IMG/VR virus record: IMGVR_UViG_3300045988_131126
DNA length: 64,000 bases
Strand: one strand, 5' to 3'
Origin: a virus
Position 1 is the first letter of the stretch. The number at the start of each line of letters is the position of its first letter. Of this stretch, positions 47,131 through 56,227 are shown piece after piece. The position numbers and the translations under genes are program-made. Below the pieces are notes generated by a model, which did no database searches, was not told the DNA's origin, and saw nothing but the letters and a program-made list of their open reading frames with translations.

Positions 47131-47242
47131 CTGTCATCACTTTTTATACTTAAAAACCTAGATATAGTAATAATTTTAGAATATATCTATTACAAGAAGA
47201 TAATTATACTATTATTTTCTAGAGGAGGTCTACAAGTTTCTA

Positions 47243-48241
47243 ATGTTCAATTTAGTCAAAAAAATAAAAGAATTATACAGAAAAACAGAAGTAAGAAATA
47301 GAAAGAAAGATACAGATGAAGAAGTAGCTAAAGTTATTAAAATAGAAGATTATGGAGATTACAATATTCAAATTGTATATGTAAATGACTATATTAATAA
47401 ATCTTTTTCAGAAGAAGATCTAAATAAAATAGAACCTTATATAGTATTTTCTATTATTTTTGATATAGATAAAGAAGATATTACCAAGGACTTCTACAAC
47501 AACTTACTGCCATTTTTAGATACAATTCCATCGGCAAAATATACTAGTTCATATGATAGTGAGAATAGAAAATTATATTCTTATATAGGTCTATATGGAT
47601 TTAGTTTAGATTTTATATTCGATATGTATTATTCTAAAGGAAAGAATATATCATTTATATTATCTAATATGATTCAATTGATATACGAAGAATTAAATAA
47701 TACTAGGTTTAGTCAATTTATTCCTATGAAATTTATAAATCAATCAGATGAATTACCAGATTATAAAGGTACTTTTAGAACTACTTCTACAAGTACTTAC
47801 AATATACTTGGTATTGATAAAATTCCAAACGTAAATAATATATTTAGCACTAATCAATTAGTATATATGGCTAATATTTATATATGTATGGATTATACAA
47901 AAAATCAAGATATTGGATATCCAGAAGGGTTCGGTTATACATACAGTTTATTTAAATTCTTACGATCTATATATAAATCTGCAGATATATATACTAGAAA
48001 TAAAGATATTATATTTCAGATTGAAAATGATGCATATTTTACCATAAATGGTATAAATTTACGCAAGTATGCACAACAATGTAAATTTATAAAATATAAC
48101 ATCTATAGTGATGAGTCTGAATTATACAATGACGTGGATGAAGTATTAGAAGAAAATGAAACTATGGGTAAGGATTCAAATTCTACGCTTCAACCTATCG
48201 ATTTTGATAATGATGACTTTGATGATATAGATGAATATTAA
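47243..48241 (+). CDS. hypothetical protein (332 aa) with acidic C-terminal tail ending in an aromatic residue
   Basis: SD GAGGAGG 14 nt upstream. C-terminus ...PIDFDNDDFDDIDEY. Confidence 0.75.
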   Translation: MFNLVKKIKELYRKTEVRNRKKDTDEEVAKVIKIEDYGDYNIQIVYVNDYINKSFSEEDLNKIEPYIVFSIIFDIDKEDITKDFYNNLLPFLDTIPSAKYTSSYDSENRKLYSYIGLYGFSLDFIFDMYYSKGKNISFILSNMIQLIYEELNNTRFSQFIPMKFINQSDELPDYKGTFRTTSTSTYNILGIDKIPNVNNIFSTNQLVYMANIYICMDYTKNQDIGYPEGFGYTYSLFKFLRSIYKSADIYTRNKDIIFQIENDAYFTINGINLRKYAQQCKFIKYNIYSDESELYNDVDEVLEENETMGKDSNSTLQPIDFDNDDFDDIDEY

Positions 48242-48276
48242 ATAAAAATTATATTAAAGAAGAGGAGATTATATCC

Positions 48277-48753
48277 ATGGCTAAGAATTTTCAGAAAAAA
48301 GAAACTACTAGAAGAAAACCAGATCCTAAAATCTTCAGAAAGCATTTCGCTAAATTTGAAGAAGCTATCGAGGGATTAAGAGAAGCAGATGCAGCTATTG
48401 CTGACATCTTTGCTAAAGATGTAGATGGTAAAGCTATATCAGAACCAATTGATTCTCCAAAAGATGCAATTCAGTACGTTTTAAATGATTTCGCCAATTA
48501 TGCACCAGATCTTCTTGGTAATGAGAATATCTACTGCTCTTTAAACACATCATCCAATAAGCTTACATACAGAATTAATAAAGAAGTTGGATTCGGTTGG
48601 GTTATTTCATACTCTATCGAAAACAAACATGCTGTTATTAATGACGTATCTGTACAGATTATTGTATATGATGAGTCTGAGCAGGGAACAAAGAATCTCA
48701 TGCTTGATCTTACTGCAGCAGGATGGGATCAGATTAAAATTAAAACTAAATAA
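48277..48753 (+). CDS. hypothetical protein (158 aa), probably abundant
   Basis: SD AGAGGAGA. Visibly GC-richer, biased codons compared with its neighbours. Strong terminator. Confidence 0.75.
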   Translation: MAKNFQKKETTRRKPDPKIFRKHFAKFEEAIEGLREADAAIADIFAKDVDGKAISEPIDSPKDAIQYVLNDFANYAPDLLGNENIYCSLNTSSNKLTYRINKEVGFGWVISYSIENKHAVINDVSVQIIVYDESEQGTKNLMLDLTAAGWDQIKIKTK

Positions 48754-48759
48754 ATGCTT

Positions 48760-48792
48760 ATACCCCTATAACCAATACGGTTATAGGGGTAT
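48760..48792. terminator. bidirectional terminator between 48277..48753 and the beta-like gene
   Basis: ATACCCCTATAACC / GGTTATAGGGGTAT stem, then TTATTTTTT. Confidence 0.75.
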
Positions 48793-48799
48793 TTATTTT

Positions 48800-51700
48800 T
48801 TATTCTATTTTATAAGGTATATCTAATATATCTTTACAAGATCTAGTAAGTTCTACTAATAACTTATTAAGACTACCTACTTTGATTACCGATGTAACCA
48901 TACGTGCATTGATGCCTCCTAATGATACTAATGAATCCATCTTTTCATTTTTTCTGAAATCTGAATATGGTTCATCTCCTTTAGGGAAGATATCTTTTAC
49001 TACACCTTTTACAGCAGAATAATATATAAGTTTATCACCTACAGACATCTTATCGTTATATTTAATATTTATTTCTATATATAATCCATCTACTTTCTTT
49101 AATTTACCTTGATTATCAAGTTTATCTGTAGATTCTACATCGGAAGTATCAATACCATACTTCTTCATAATAGATTTCTGTTTATTGATATTTCCTTCGT
49201 ATTTATTCCATAATTTTAATAATGTATCAGACAATTCAGATTTTTCACAAGTACGTTTTATTACAATAGATTGTATTGTACCGGTTACTTCTGCTTTGAT
49301 ATTAGTTCTACCTAATTCACTTATCATATCACTTTCATCATCTGATAAGTTTCTTAATATCTGGTCTACATATTCATCGTCAGAAGCCATCTGTAAAGTA
49401 AACAGAGTGTCGCCTTCTTTTACAGCTTGTCTTTCTTTTACCATATTATATATATTAGCATCTTTAGGAACTGATTTAGTTACCTGTAATATTACTTCTG
49501 ATGCCATATCTTCTGATAACTTTTGAGATATAATAGCACTATCTTCATATCCTTCATCTGTATTTAATAAAGCTACTTTACAGAAAGTACCTATATTATA
49601 TTCTATATTATCAGTAGTACCAGTTTTATTAGAATAAGCTAAAGGGTCATATGCTAAGATATCATTTTTACCAAACTTATCCCCAACTTTTAACTTACTA
49701 TCTAATTGAATACCAATATAGAAACCATTACTGGAGTTCTTTTCTGCTTTATCTTTAAAGGATATAAAATCATGAGTACCGTTATCGTATTCTACGACCA
49801 TATAATCATTAGTTTTTTCTATTACTTTGCCTTTATCTTTGGATTTAAAAGAGAAAGTATTAGAAGTCAAATATGGTAAAGCTTCATCTGCTCCTGTTGT
49901 TACTAATAATGGATCGCTCTTAGCACATCTCATACCATGTTTAGATGTCTGAATAAAGTTCATAGCACTACGCATAGGGTCATCACCTGTGGTACCAAAA
50001 GGAGTCAAAGCTTCTGTCATACATAAAGTTTTAATAGGATTTAATTCTTTTTCTTTGCCATCATCATTTGAAAGTATTCTACCGTATGCATCTACATTAG
50101 CATCTATAGTAGCCTGACGTACAATACCTACATTACCAGCAAAACCTGTTGACAAAGATAAAGTACCAAACATTGAATCATCATATGAACGTTTATCAAG
50201 ACCATAAGATCTATCACTATTCATACCAGAATGACCTTTAGGAGTTACAGCAGAATATGATTCATATTCTTGAAGAGGATTAATTACAGATAAATCACTA
50301 GAAGTATTTAACTTCATGAATTCATCTATAACTGCTGATTGTTTTAAACTAAATCCTTTATTTCTTCCATGTTTAATAGAAGTATTATATCCAGCATATT
50401 CTCTTGCTAATACTGCGTATAATAAGTCTACTATCTGTTGTTTACGTTTTAATTGCCTTGTATTAGCAATATTAGTATGCTTTACATATTTATTATCAGC
50501 TAATAATTGATTAGCGTATAATAATACTGATACATAGTCTGTTGGTAACTTATAAGATACTAATTGCTGATAGGTATTATTATCAATCATCAAATCATAA
50601 AAGTTATCAAGACCATCGGCTATAATTCTACCGCCAAATAGATCTAAGAAAGCTAAATAAGTAGTACGTTTATTCATATCAGAAATAGATACTTCTGATA
50701 TAGGGCAATCTCTCAATCCATTTAATAATAATGAAGAATCATATGTAACTTCGAAAGATAAATATCCATCTTTAAATCTAATACTATCCCAGTTATAAGG
50801 TAAATCTTTTGGTTTTTCTTCACTGAGATCATATTTAATATTTGCTTTCTTTAATACTACGTCTAATCCTTCGTGATAAGCACATAAAACTATTAAAGGT
50901 ATCTTTTGTGACATTATACTAGCTCTAGAATACGTATATTTGGTAGCTTTAGAAGCTTTAACAAAGTCAGAATAAAAAGTTGTACCTTCCATTTGGGTTG
51001 ATATTAATGAAGCTAAATAATCGCTGAAAATACCATTTTTAGAAGTATAATATTCTACTTTTTTATTTTTTGTATCATAAGCAAAAGGTACTCCTTTTGA
51101 ATCATCTACATTATATTTCTTTCTAATTTCATCTTGGTTAAAATAGAAAGTATAATTCTTAGTAACTATTTTACTATATACACTAGATAAATCTATATAG
51201 TCGACAGGTAATTCATATTTACTACAAACCCTAGCATTCATACCTGTATATACTTTTAAATTAGGATATTCTTTTTTATTTAAAACTTTCATGAGTTTAC
51301 CAGAAGATATAATACTCTTACCAGCAGCAGAGCCAAATCGTCTTATGAAAATCTTGTTATAATTAGATACAATCTGTACTGTATCTTCGTCAGTTTTGAT
51401 AATAGGCATCAAGAATAACTGGTTAGGCAATTCTTTTCTATTACCTCTTAATTTAATATATTTACCATCTATAAATTTAGGTATATCAAGTTTAACAGTA
51501 AATCTTTCTCCTCTTCCAGATTCGTATTTAACTTCATAAGTTTCTACAGCATCCTCAGAAGTAGAAGTATCTGTGACTGATATATCTCTAATATATAATG
51601 GATTAGATAATTTAGACAATGATTCAAAAGTACGTACAATATCATCATCCATATTATATGAATTATCTATATTAGGAAAAGTTAAATTCTCCCATTCAGG

Positions 51701-53674
51701 ATTAACACTATCTACTTTAAGATCAATAGGTTCTATTTTCTTATTCTGTTGCTCTATAGGTAAAGGTTTTCCTTCATCTAAGATATCTTTAATTGATTTA
51801 CCTTTAATCTCTTTAGATAATAAATCATTTTGCAATTTAAGATTTCTATTAGCCCTAGCAGCTGTAACTACTGGCTGTCCTTCATCTGGATTATCGTTTA
51901 AGAAATCCAGAATATCTTTAACCTCGTCATCATCTAACTTATCTAAAGCTATATCTGTATCGCTACTATTTTTAGCAGCCTTATCTATTTTATCTACTAA
52001 TTCTTTTTTCTTTTCTGCTTTCTGTACAGCAGCTTTACTTGTAGAAGCAGGTTTAATTTCTTCTTTGTCTAAAGAATCAATTTTAACACCCTGAGTTATT
52101 TCTACTTTATTTATAATATTATCTTTAATAACCTTTGGAGAATCTTGTACGTCTTCAGGTTCTTCTGGTATAATAGTATTTTCATCTATAAGCATTTTAA
52201 TTAATCTGATATAAGAAGCTTTTAATTTTTTATAGTCTACTTTAGCAAAATTAATTGTAAAGTATCCTTTATTAGATAAAAATACGAATGTATTATCACC
52301 ATATTTCTTCAAAGAATCTATATCAGACATTAATCTTTTATAGATTACAGATATAGGATTTATAGTATCTTGAATCATCCATAATCTTCCGCTACTAATA
52401 GCATTCCAATCGTCTAATGGTATAGTTATAGTTTTATTAGCATATCCTGCATCGTTTATTTCTTTATCCATAATTAATCTATCCATTAATCTGGAATAAA
52501 TATTATAGCCTCTAAGATTTTTAAATGTACTATTTTTAAGATAAGTTTCATTATACCAATAAGTATCAAAAAACAGATTCAAATTTTTATATTTAGAAAT
52601 ATCATGATAAGTATATTTGATAGTAGGATTATCGGTTTTTACTTTATCATATATAGCTTGCATATCTTTTCTTGTTTTAATACGATCTTTATAAAGCATT
52701 TTCTTTAGTATTGAATCTTGAGCATCTTCTAAAAGAACGTAATCATTTTCTGTTAAAGGTAAAAGATCGTATAATTTAGAATAGTAATTTTCTTCAATTG
52801 GTTTATCAAATACTGAATAATTAGTAACGTTTTCATATAAACGATCTATATTAAAATAATCTAATACGTTATTTATAGTATCATTTACTGGTAGATATAA
52901 AGAAAATAATTTTACTAATTCTTTGGTATTATTATTCTTTAGCACTACGTCTTTATAAAATACTCTTCTATTACGCTCCATGTATGATACTATACATGGA
53001 CACAATGTTTTTAAATTTTTAGCAAAAGGCCAAATCCCTTTTTTAGAATAATAATCATATAAACCGCTTTCTACTAAAGCAGTCCCATATAATAAAGACT
53101 TATTTATTGATGAATTAGCTCTATTGATCAAATAAACCATAAGAGTAAATTTGACATAAGTTTCATAATCTACAAATAAATCTCTATTAAAAGTATACCT
53201 AGATTCTAAATACAGTACCGTTGTAGTTGGTTCTCTTAAATATCCTCTTCTGTATACTTCTACGTTTATAGTTTCAGGGAATTCTATGCCGTTAGGTAGT
53301 CCTTTTTGGATACTCGATAAATAATCTCCTGTTATTACACTTTCTACTTCTTTTATATCTGATTCTAATCCGTTAAATACAAAATTAGTTTTTGGACTAT
53401 CGAATAATTTTTCATAATCCTCTAATATAGACACTGATTCTTCTACAGGTTCTTCTTTTGTCCCATCTATGTAATACATTACTGGTCTTCTCATAAAATA
53501 AGAATAATAATATCTATATCCAAGAAATTCGTTATTCATTATAGATTTAGAAGACTCGTAACTCGGGGCCAATAATATAGCTACAGAACCTTTCTTTCTA
53601 TCTTTGTCGCTGATAGGCATTAAAGCTTTTTTACGTTTGATCATTAAATTAGGAATTTCGTCTATGAAATACAT
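48800..53674 (-). CDS. phage multisubunit RNA polymerase beta-like subunit (1624 aa) with large non-homologous N-terminal extension
   Basis: IPKFIDGKYIKLRGNRKELPNQLF (aa 731-754) resembles IPLMTxxGTFIINGxERVIVSQL. NPLQEYESYSAVTPKGHSGMN...GNVGIV resembles NPLSE..RRxSALGPGGL...PNIGLI. DDPMRSAMNFIQTSKH resembles DDANRALMGANMQRQA. EGYEDSAIISQK resembles GYNFEDSILxSE. GDKLIYYSAVKGVV...SLGGINARM resembles GDKxAGRHGNKGVxS...NPLGVPSRMN. Confidence 0.85.
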   Translation of the reverse strand: MYFIDEIPNLMIKRKKALMPISDKDRKKGSVAILLAPSYESSKSIMNNEFLGYRYYYSYFMRRPVMYYIDGTKEEPVEESVSILEDYEKLFDSPKTNFVFNGLESDIKEVESVITGDYLSSIQKGLPNGIEFPETINVEVYRRGYLREPTTTVLYLESRYTFNRDLFVDYETYVKFTLMVYLINRANSSINKSLLYGTALVESGLYDYYSKKGIWPFAKNLKTLCPCIVSYMERNRRVFYKDVVLKNNNTKELVKLFSLYLPVNDTINNVLDYFNIDRLYENVTNYSVFDKPIEENYYSKLYDLLPLTENDYVLLEDAQDSILKKMLYKDRIKTRKDMQAIYDKVKTDNPTIKYTYHDISKYKNLNLFFDTYWYNETYLKNSTFKNLRGYNIYSRLMDRLIMDKEINDAGYANKTITIPLDDWNAISSGRLWMIQDTINPISVIYKRLMSDIDSLKKYGDNTFVFLSNKGYFTINFAKVDYKKLKASYIRLIKMLIDENTIIPEEPEDVQDSPKVIKDNIINKVEITQGVKIDSLDKEEIKPASTSKAAVQKAEKKKELVDKIDKAAKNSSDTDIALDKLDDDEVKDILDFLNDNPDEGQPVVTAARANRNLKLQNDLLSKEIKGKSIKDILDEGKPLPIEQQNKKIEPIDLKVDSVNPEWENLTFPNIDNSYNMDDDIVRTFESLSKLSNPLYIRDISVTDTSTSEDAVETYEVKYESGRGERFTVKLDIPKFIDGKYIKLRGNRKELPNQLFLMPIIKTDEDTVQIVSNYNKIFIRRFGSAAGKSIISSGKLMKVLNKKEYPNLKVYTGMNARVCSKYELPVDYIDLSSVYSKIVTKNYTFYFNQDEIRKKYNVDDSKGVPFAYDTKNKKVEYYTSKNGIFSDYLASLISTQMEGTTFYSDFVKASKATKYTYSRASIMSQKIPLIVLCAYHEGLDVVLKKANIKYDLSEEKPKDLPYNWDSIRFKDGYLSFEVTYDSSLLLNGLRDCPISEVSISDMNKRTTYLAFLDLFGGRIIADGLDNFYDLMIDNNTYQQLVSYKLPTDYVSVLLYANQLLADNKYVKHTNIANTRQLKRKQQIVDLLYAVLAREYAGYNTSIKHGRNKGFSLKQSAVIDEFMKLNTSSDLSVINPLQEYESYSAVTPKGHSGMNSDRSYGLDKRSYDDSMFGTLSLSTGFAGNVGIVRQATIDANVDAYGRILSNDDGKEKELNPIKTLCMTEALTPFGTTGDDPMRSAMNFIQTSKHGMRCAKSDPLLVTTGADEALPYLTSNTFSFKSKDKGKVIEKTNDYMVVEYDNGTHDFISFKDKAEKNSSNGFYIGIQLDSKLKVGDKFGKNDILAYDPLAYSNKTGTTDNIEYNIGTFCKVALLNTDEGYEDSAIISQKLSEDMASEVILQVTKSVPKDANIYNMVKERQAVKEGDTLFTLQMASDDEYVDQILRNLSDDESDMISELGRTNIKAEVTGTIQSIVIKRTCEKSELSDTLLKLWNKYEGNINKQKSIMKKYGIDTSDVESTDKLDNQGKLKKVDGLYIEINIKYNDKMSVGDKLIYYSAVKGVVKDIFPKGDEPYSDFRKNEKMDSLVSLGGINARMVTSVIKVGSLNKLLVELTRSCKDILDIPYKIE

Positions 53675-53741
53675 TTTAGAAATCCTCCTTTCAATATTAC
53701 TATTCTGTTTAAAATATCAAATTTGGCAGAATTAGAGATAT

Positions 53742-53775
53742 AAATTTACATTATCTGCCACATTAATGTAAATTT
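53742..53775. promoter_or_regulatory. divergent pair of ATAATGTAAATTT / ATTAATGTAAATTT motifs (candidate promoters for the beta-like gene and the 53797 operon)
   Basis: AAATTTACATTA-N10-TAATGTAAATTT inverted repeat in the divergent intergenic region. Confidence 0.45.
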
Positions 53776-53796
53776 TAAAAGAAAAGAGGAGAAATT

Positions 53797-54297
53797 ATGC
53801 AAGTATTAAATAATCATAGAATCAAAATAAACTGCAGAATAGAATATATTATTCAATATGCAAAAGATTATAACCCTAACTCTGATTTAAAAGTCGTTAA
53901 TTCGTCTCTTGATAAAATCAAGACAATATACGATGATGTAAATACTTTTGAAACGAATATAATTCCAGATCTTAAAGATAGAGTAAGGGCTGATCTTTTA
54001 CCAAAAAGATATAAATCCATGCAGATGTTCTTAGAGAATGGAGTTCCGGTATTATTATTTTCAGGAGATAATATGATAATAGATACTACTGGTGCATCTC
54101 CTATTTTATATATGAATAAAACAATACGTGTTAATATTTATGAAAAGAGCTTAAAAGAATATGCCAGTACTAATATAAATAAACCTGAATGGGAATCTGG
54201 CGTACCAGTAGATGAGATAAGAAAATTATCATTAGACGATATATTCAATTTATATCATCAAACAATGCATACAGGTGTGAAAATAATAATTGATTAA
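53797..54297 (+). CDS. hypothetical protein (166 aa)
   Basis: SD AAGAGGAGAA. Confidence 0.7.
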   Translation: MQVLNNHRIKINCRIEYIIQYAKDYNPNSDLKVVNSSLDKIKTIYDDVNTFETNIIPDLKDRVRADLLPKRYKSMQMFLENGVPVLLFSGDNMIIDTTGASPILYMNKTIRVNIYEKSLKEYASTNINKPEWESGVPVDEIRKLSLDDIFNLYHQTMHTGVKIIID

Positions 54298-54312
54298 AGA
54301 AAGGGCGATATT

Positions 54313-55374
54313 ATGGTTTGTAAAGAAGAATTAAATAGAAAAATTATTATTAGATATAAAGCGTCCACCAATTCTCCAGATGATAAGGACTTTATCATTA
54401 ATAGTTCGACTTCCTTAATGAAAGTACCAGAAATTGGGGAAAGACTTAATATCGGAAAAATGCAATATACCGTAGAGAATGTAACTACGAATTTAAATAT
54501 ACCTAATCCTACTACTCATAATAATTATAAAATGGATGAGTTTGATGGTGCAAGTTACTATATAAAAATTACAAGGGAGAATAATAATGAAACCAAAGGC
54601 AAGAAAGAAAACTTGGAAAGAGAATCTAATAGACAGGTTGATGAATGTACTGTCAATAATTTATCTGATAGTACAAATAATTCTGATAATTTTGATAATA
54701 ATACCGTTGAGTTTAATTCAGATGATATGCGAGATATTAAACAAAATCTTGAAAAAATAAAATCCATATTATCTACTACATTAACTGAACTTGATATGAA
54801 AGAACTCAAAGATTATATTAAAGATCTTTTTAATAATAAGCAACCAGTAGTATCTCATAACGTTGCTGTTAAAGAAGCTACAATAGAAGAAGATCCGGAA
54901 GATGATAAAGGATCTAAAATTCTTACTATTAATAAAGCGTATAGACTATTTACTAAAAAAGATAGAAATACATCCGAATATACATTATGGGAATTTGGTT
55001 CTGAAGGAGATACTTATTCAGTAATAAGAGGTATTAAAGTAAAGACTAAAGAAGTTAAAGAAGGAAAGATCTATTGCAATAATAGCTATTTATGTGCATT
55101 AGACAAAGTAATCAATTATTCATGTAATAAATATATCGGATATGAATACAATGATATTTATATCATATTATCCGAATTAGAGAATCATTTAAAACAGGAT
55201 GGTACTATAGGATTAAAAGATACAATATTTGAAGACAACATCAATTATTCTGTAGAAGATCTTATAAAATTCTCTATATTATATCCTGAATGTGTACACA
55301 TCAAAACTACTATTGGTGAAAGTAAACATTCAAATACCTCAATGATAATTAATCAATTTATTCGTAACAAATAG
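54313..55374 (+). CDS. hypothetical protein (353 aa)
   Basis: SD AGAAAGGG. Central N/D/S-rich linker. Confidence 0.7.
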   Translation: MVCKEELNRKIIIRYKASTNSPDDKDFIINSSTSLMKVPEIGERLNIGKMQYTVENVTTNLNIPNPTTHNNYKMDEFDGASYYIKITRENNNETKGKKENLERESNRQVDECTVNNLSDSTNNSDNFDNNTVEFNSDDMRDIKQNLEKIKSILSTTLTELDMKELKDYIKDLFNNKQPVVSHNVAVKEATIEEDPEDDKGSKILTINKAYRLFTKKDRNTSEYTLWEFGSEGDTYSVIRGIKVKTKEVKEGKIYCNNSYLCALDKVINYSCNKYIGYEYNDIYIILSELENHLKQDGTIGLKDTIFEDNINYSVEDLIKFSILYPECVHIKTTIGESKHSNTSMIINQFIRNK

Positions 55375-55402
55375 GTAGAATGAAGAAAGGTAACTATAAG
55401 TT

Positions 55403-55543
55403 ATGAGTAAGAAACAGCATATAAGCAGAGAAGATTTCTTATATATAATGAAATCTATGGATGCTAAGCAAATGCAAAAGTATATAGAATCAAAAGGAAA
55501 AGATCCCAAGTTATTTAATCCAATAATGCATTGCGTTAAATAA
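55403..55543 (+). CDS. possible small protein (46 aa, MSKKQHISREDFLYIMKSMDAK...)
   Basis: Own reading. ATG 55403 with weak SD AGAAAGG. Fills a gap otherwise covered only by an antisense shadow ORF. Confidence 0.35.
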   Translation: MSKKQHISREDFLYIMKSMDAKQMQKYIESKGKDPKLFNPIMHCVK

Positions 55544-55624
55544 CACAAATATGATAAATTAGGAATAGTAAACTATTACATACCTAACTATTAGGAAATA
55601 GAAAAATATTAGGAGGACTTAATT

Positions 55625-56134
55625 ATGTCTAAAGTTGAAGAGTTAGTAAATGGTATCAAAGAGAATCTTAAACAGACTTCATCATCTCAGAAAGATGAAG
55701 TAGCTGTAATGCAGGCTATGCTTAATAGCCCTGATTATGAAGTAGGTGTTTACAGCAAAGACGGTCAAATTGGAACTTATAATCCATGCAAAGACTACAG
55801 AGGAATGCTTACAAACGTATTATCAACAGCAGGTGGAATTACTAAAACAGAAGCAACTACTAAAGTAGAATCTTATCAGGCTTCTAAATCTGATGCAGAA
55901 ACAATGGTAAATATCTCTAAAGAGTATATGAATACCTATCTTGATACTGGAAGAAAGATCAAACTTGGAGGAAGAGAATCTTCTGACTTCGGTATGTCTA
56001 TCAAGAGAGTAGAAGCATCAACAAGATCTTTCCCAATCAAGAACGATGATGGAACTACATCATTCGGCAAAAAAGAAGTTCCTGCTCACAATAGTATTAG
56101 AGTATATGGATCTTGCCCATCTTGGGTTAAATAA
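55625..56134 (+). CDS. hypothetical protein (169 aa), probably abundant
   Basis: Strong SD TAGGAGGA. GC-richer, biased codons. Strong terminator directly downstream. Lies upstream of the tape-measure-like gene. Confidence 0.75.
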   Translation: MSKVEELVNGIKENLKQTSSSQKDEVAVMQAMLNSPDYEVGVYSKDGQIGTYNPCKDYRGMLTNVLSTAGGITKTEATTKVESYQASKSDAETMVNISKEYMNTYLDTGRKIKLGGRESSDFGMSIKRVEASTRSFPIKNDDGTTSFGKKEVPAHNSIRVYGSCPSWVK

Positions 56135-56173
56135 TAAAATACAATTAAATATGTTTTAAACTTGCTGATAATG

Positions 56174-56203
56174 AATCTCACTACTAATATTAGTAGTGAG
56201 ATT
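56174..56203 (+). terminator. rho-independent terminator
   Basis: AATCTCACTACTA / TAGTAGTGAGATT stem, then TTTATTTTT. Confidence 0.8.
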
Positions 56204-56227
56204 TTTATTTTTAAGGAGGATATATTT

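Noticed and set aside
47243-48241. Calling this gene an SSB on the basis of its acidic DFDNDDFDDIDEY tail.
   Set aside because: An acidic tail alone is not diagnostic and no OB-fold motif is recognisable by eye. It is mentioned only as a hypothesis under the leader finding.
55339-55548. Minus-strand 69-aa track ORF in the 55375..55624 gap.
   Set aside because: It is hydrophobic shadow-like sequence without an SD and runs against the operon direction. A plus-strand 46-codon ORF (55403..55543) fits better, though it is itself uncertain.
55625-56134. HU/IHF (DNABII)-like arm in the C-terminal half (KIKLGG...FGMSIKRVEASTRSFP...EVPAHNSIRV).
   Set aside because: Only a loose pattern match exists. 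The protein is about 80 aa longer than HU and lacks the GRNP signature. It was therefore left as hypothetical.
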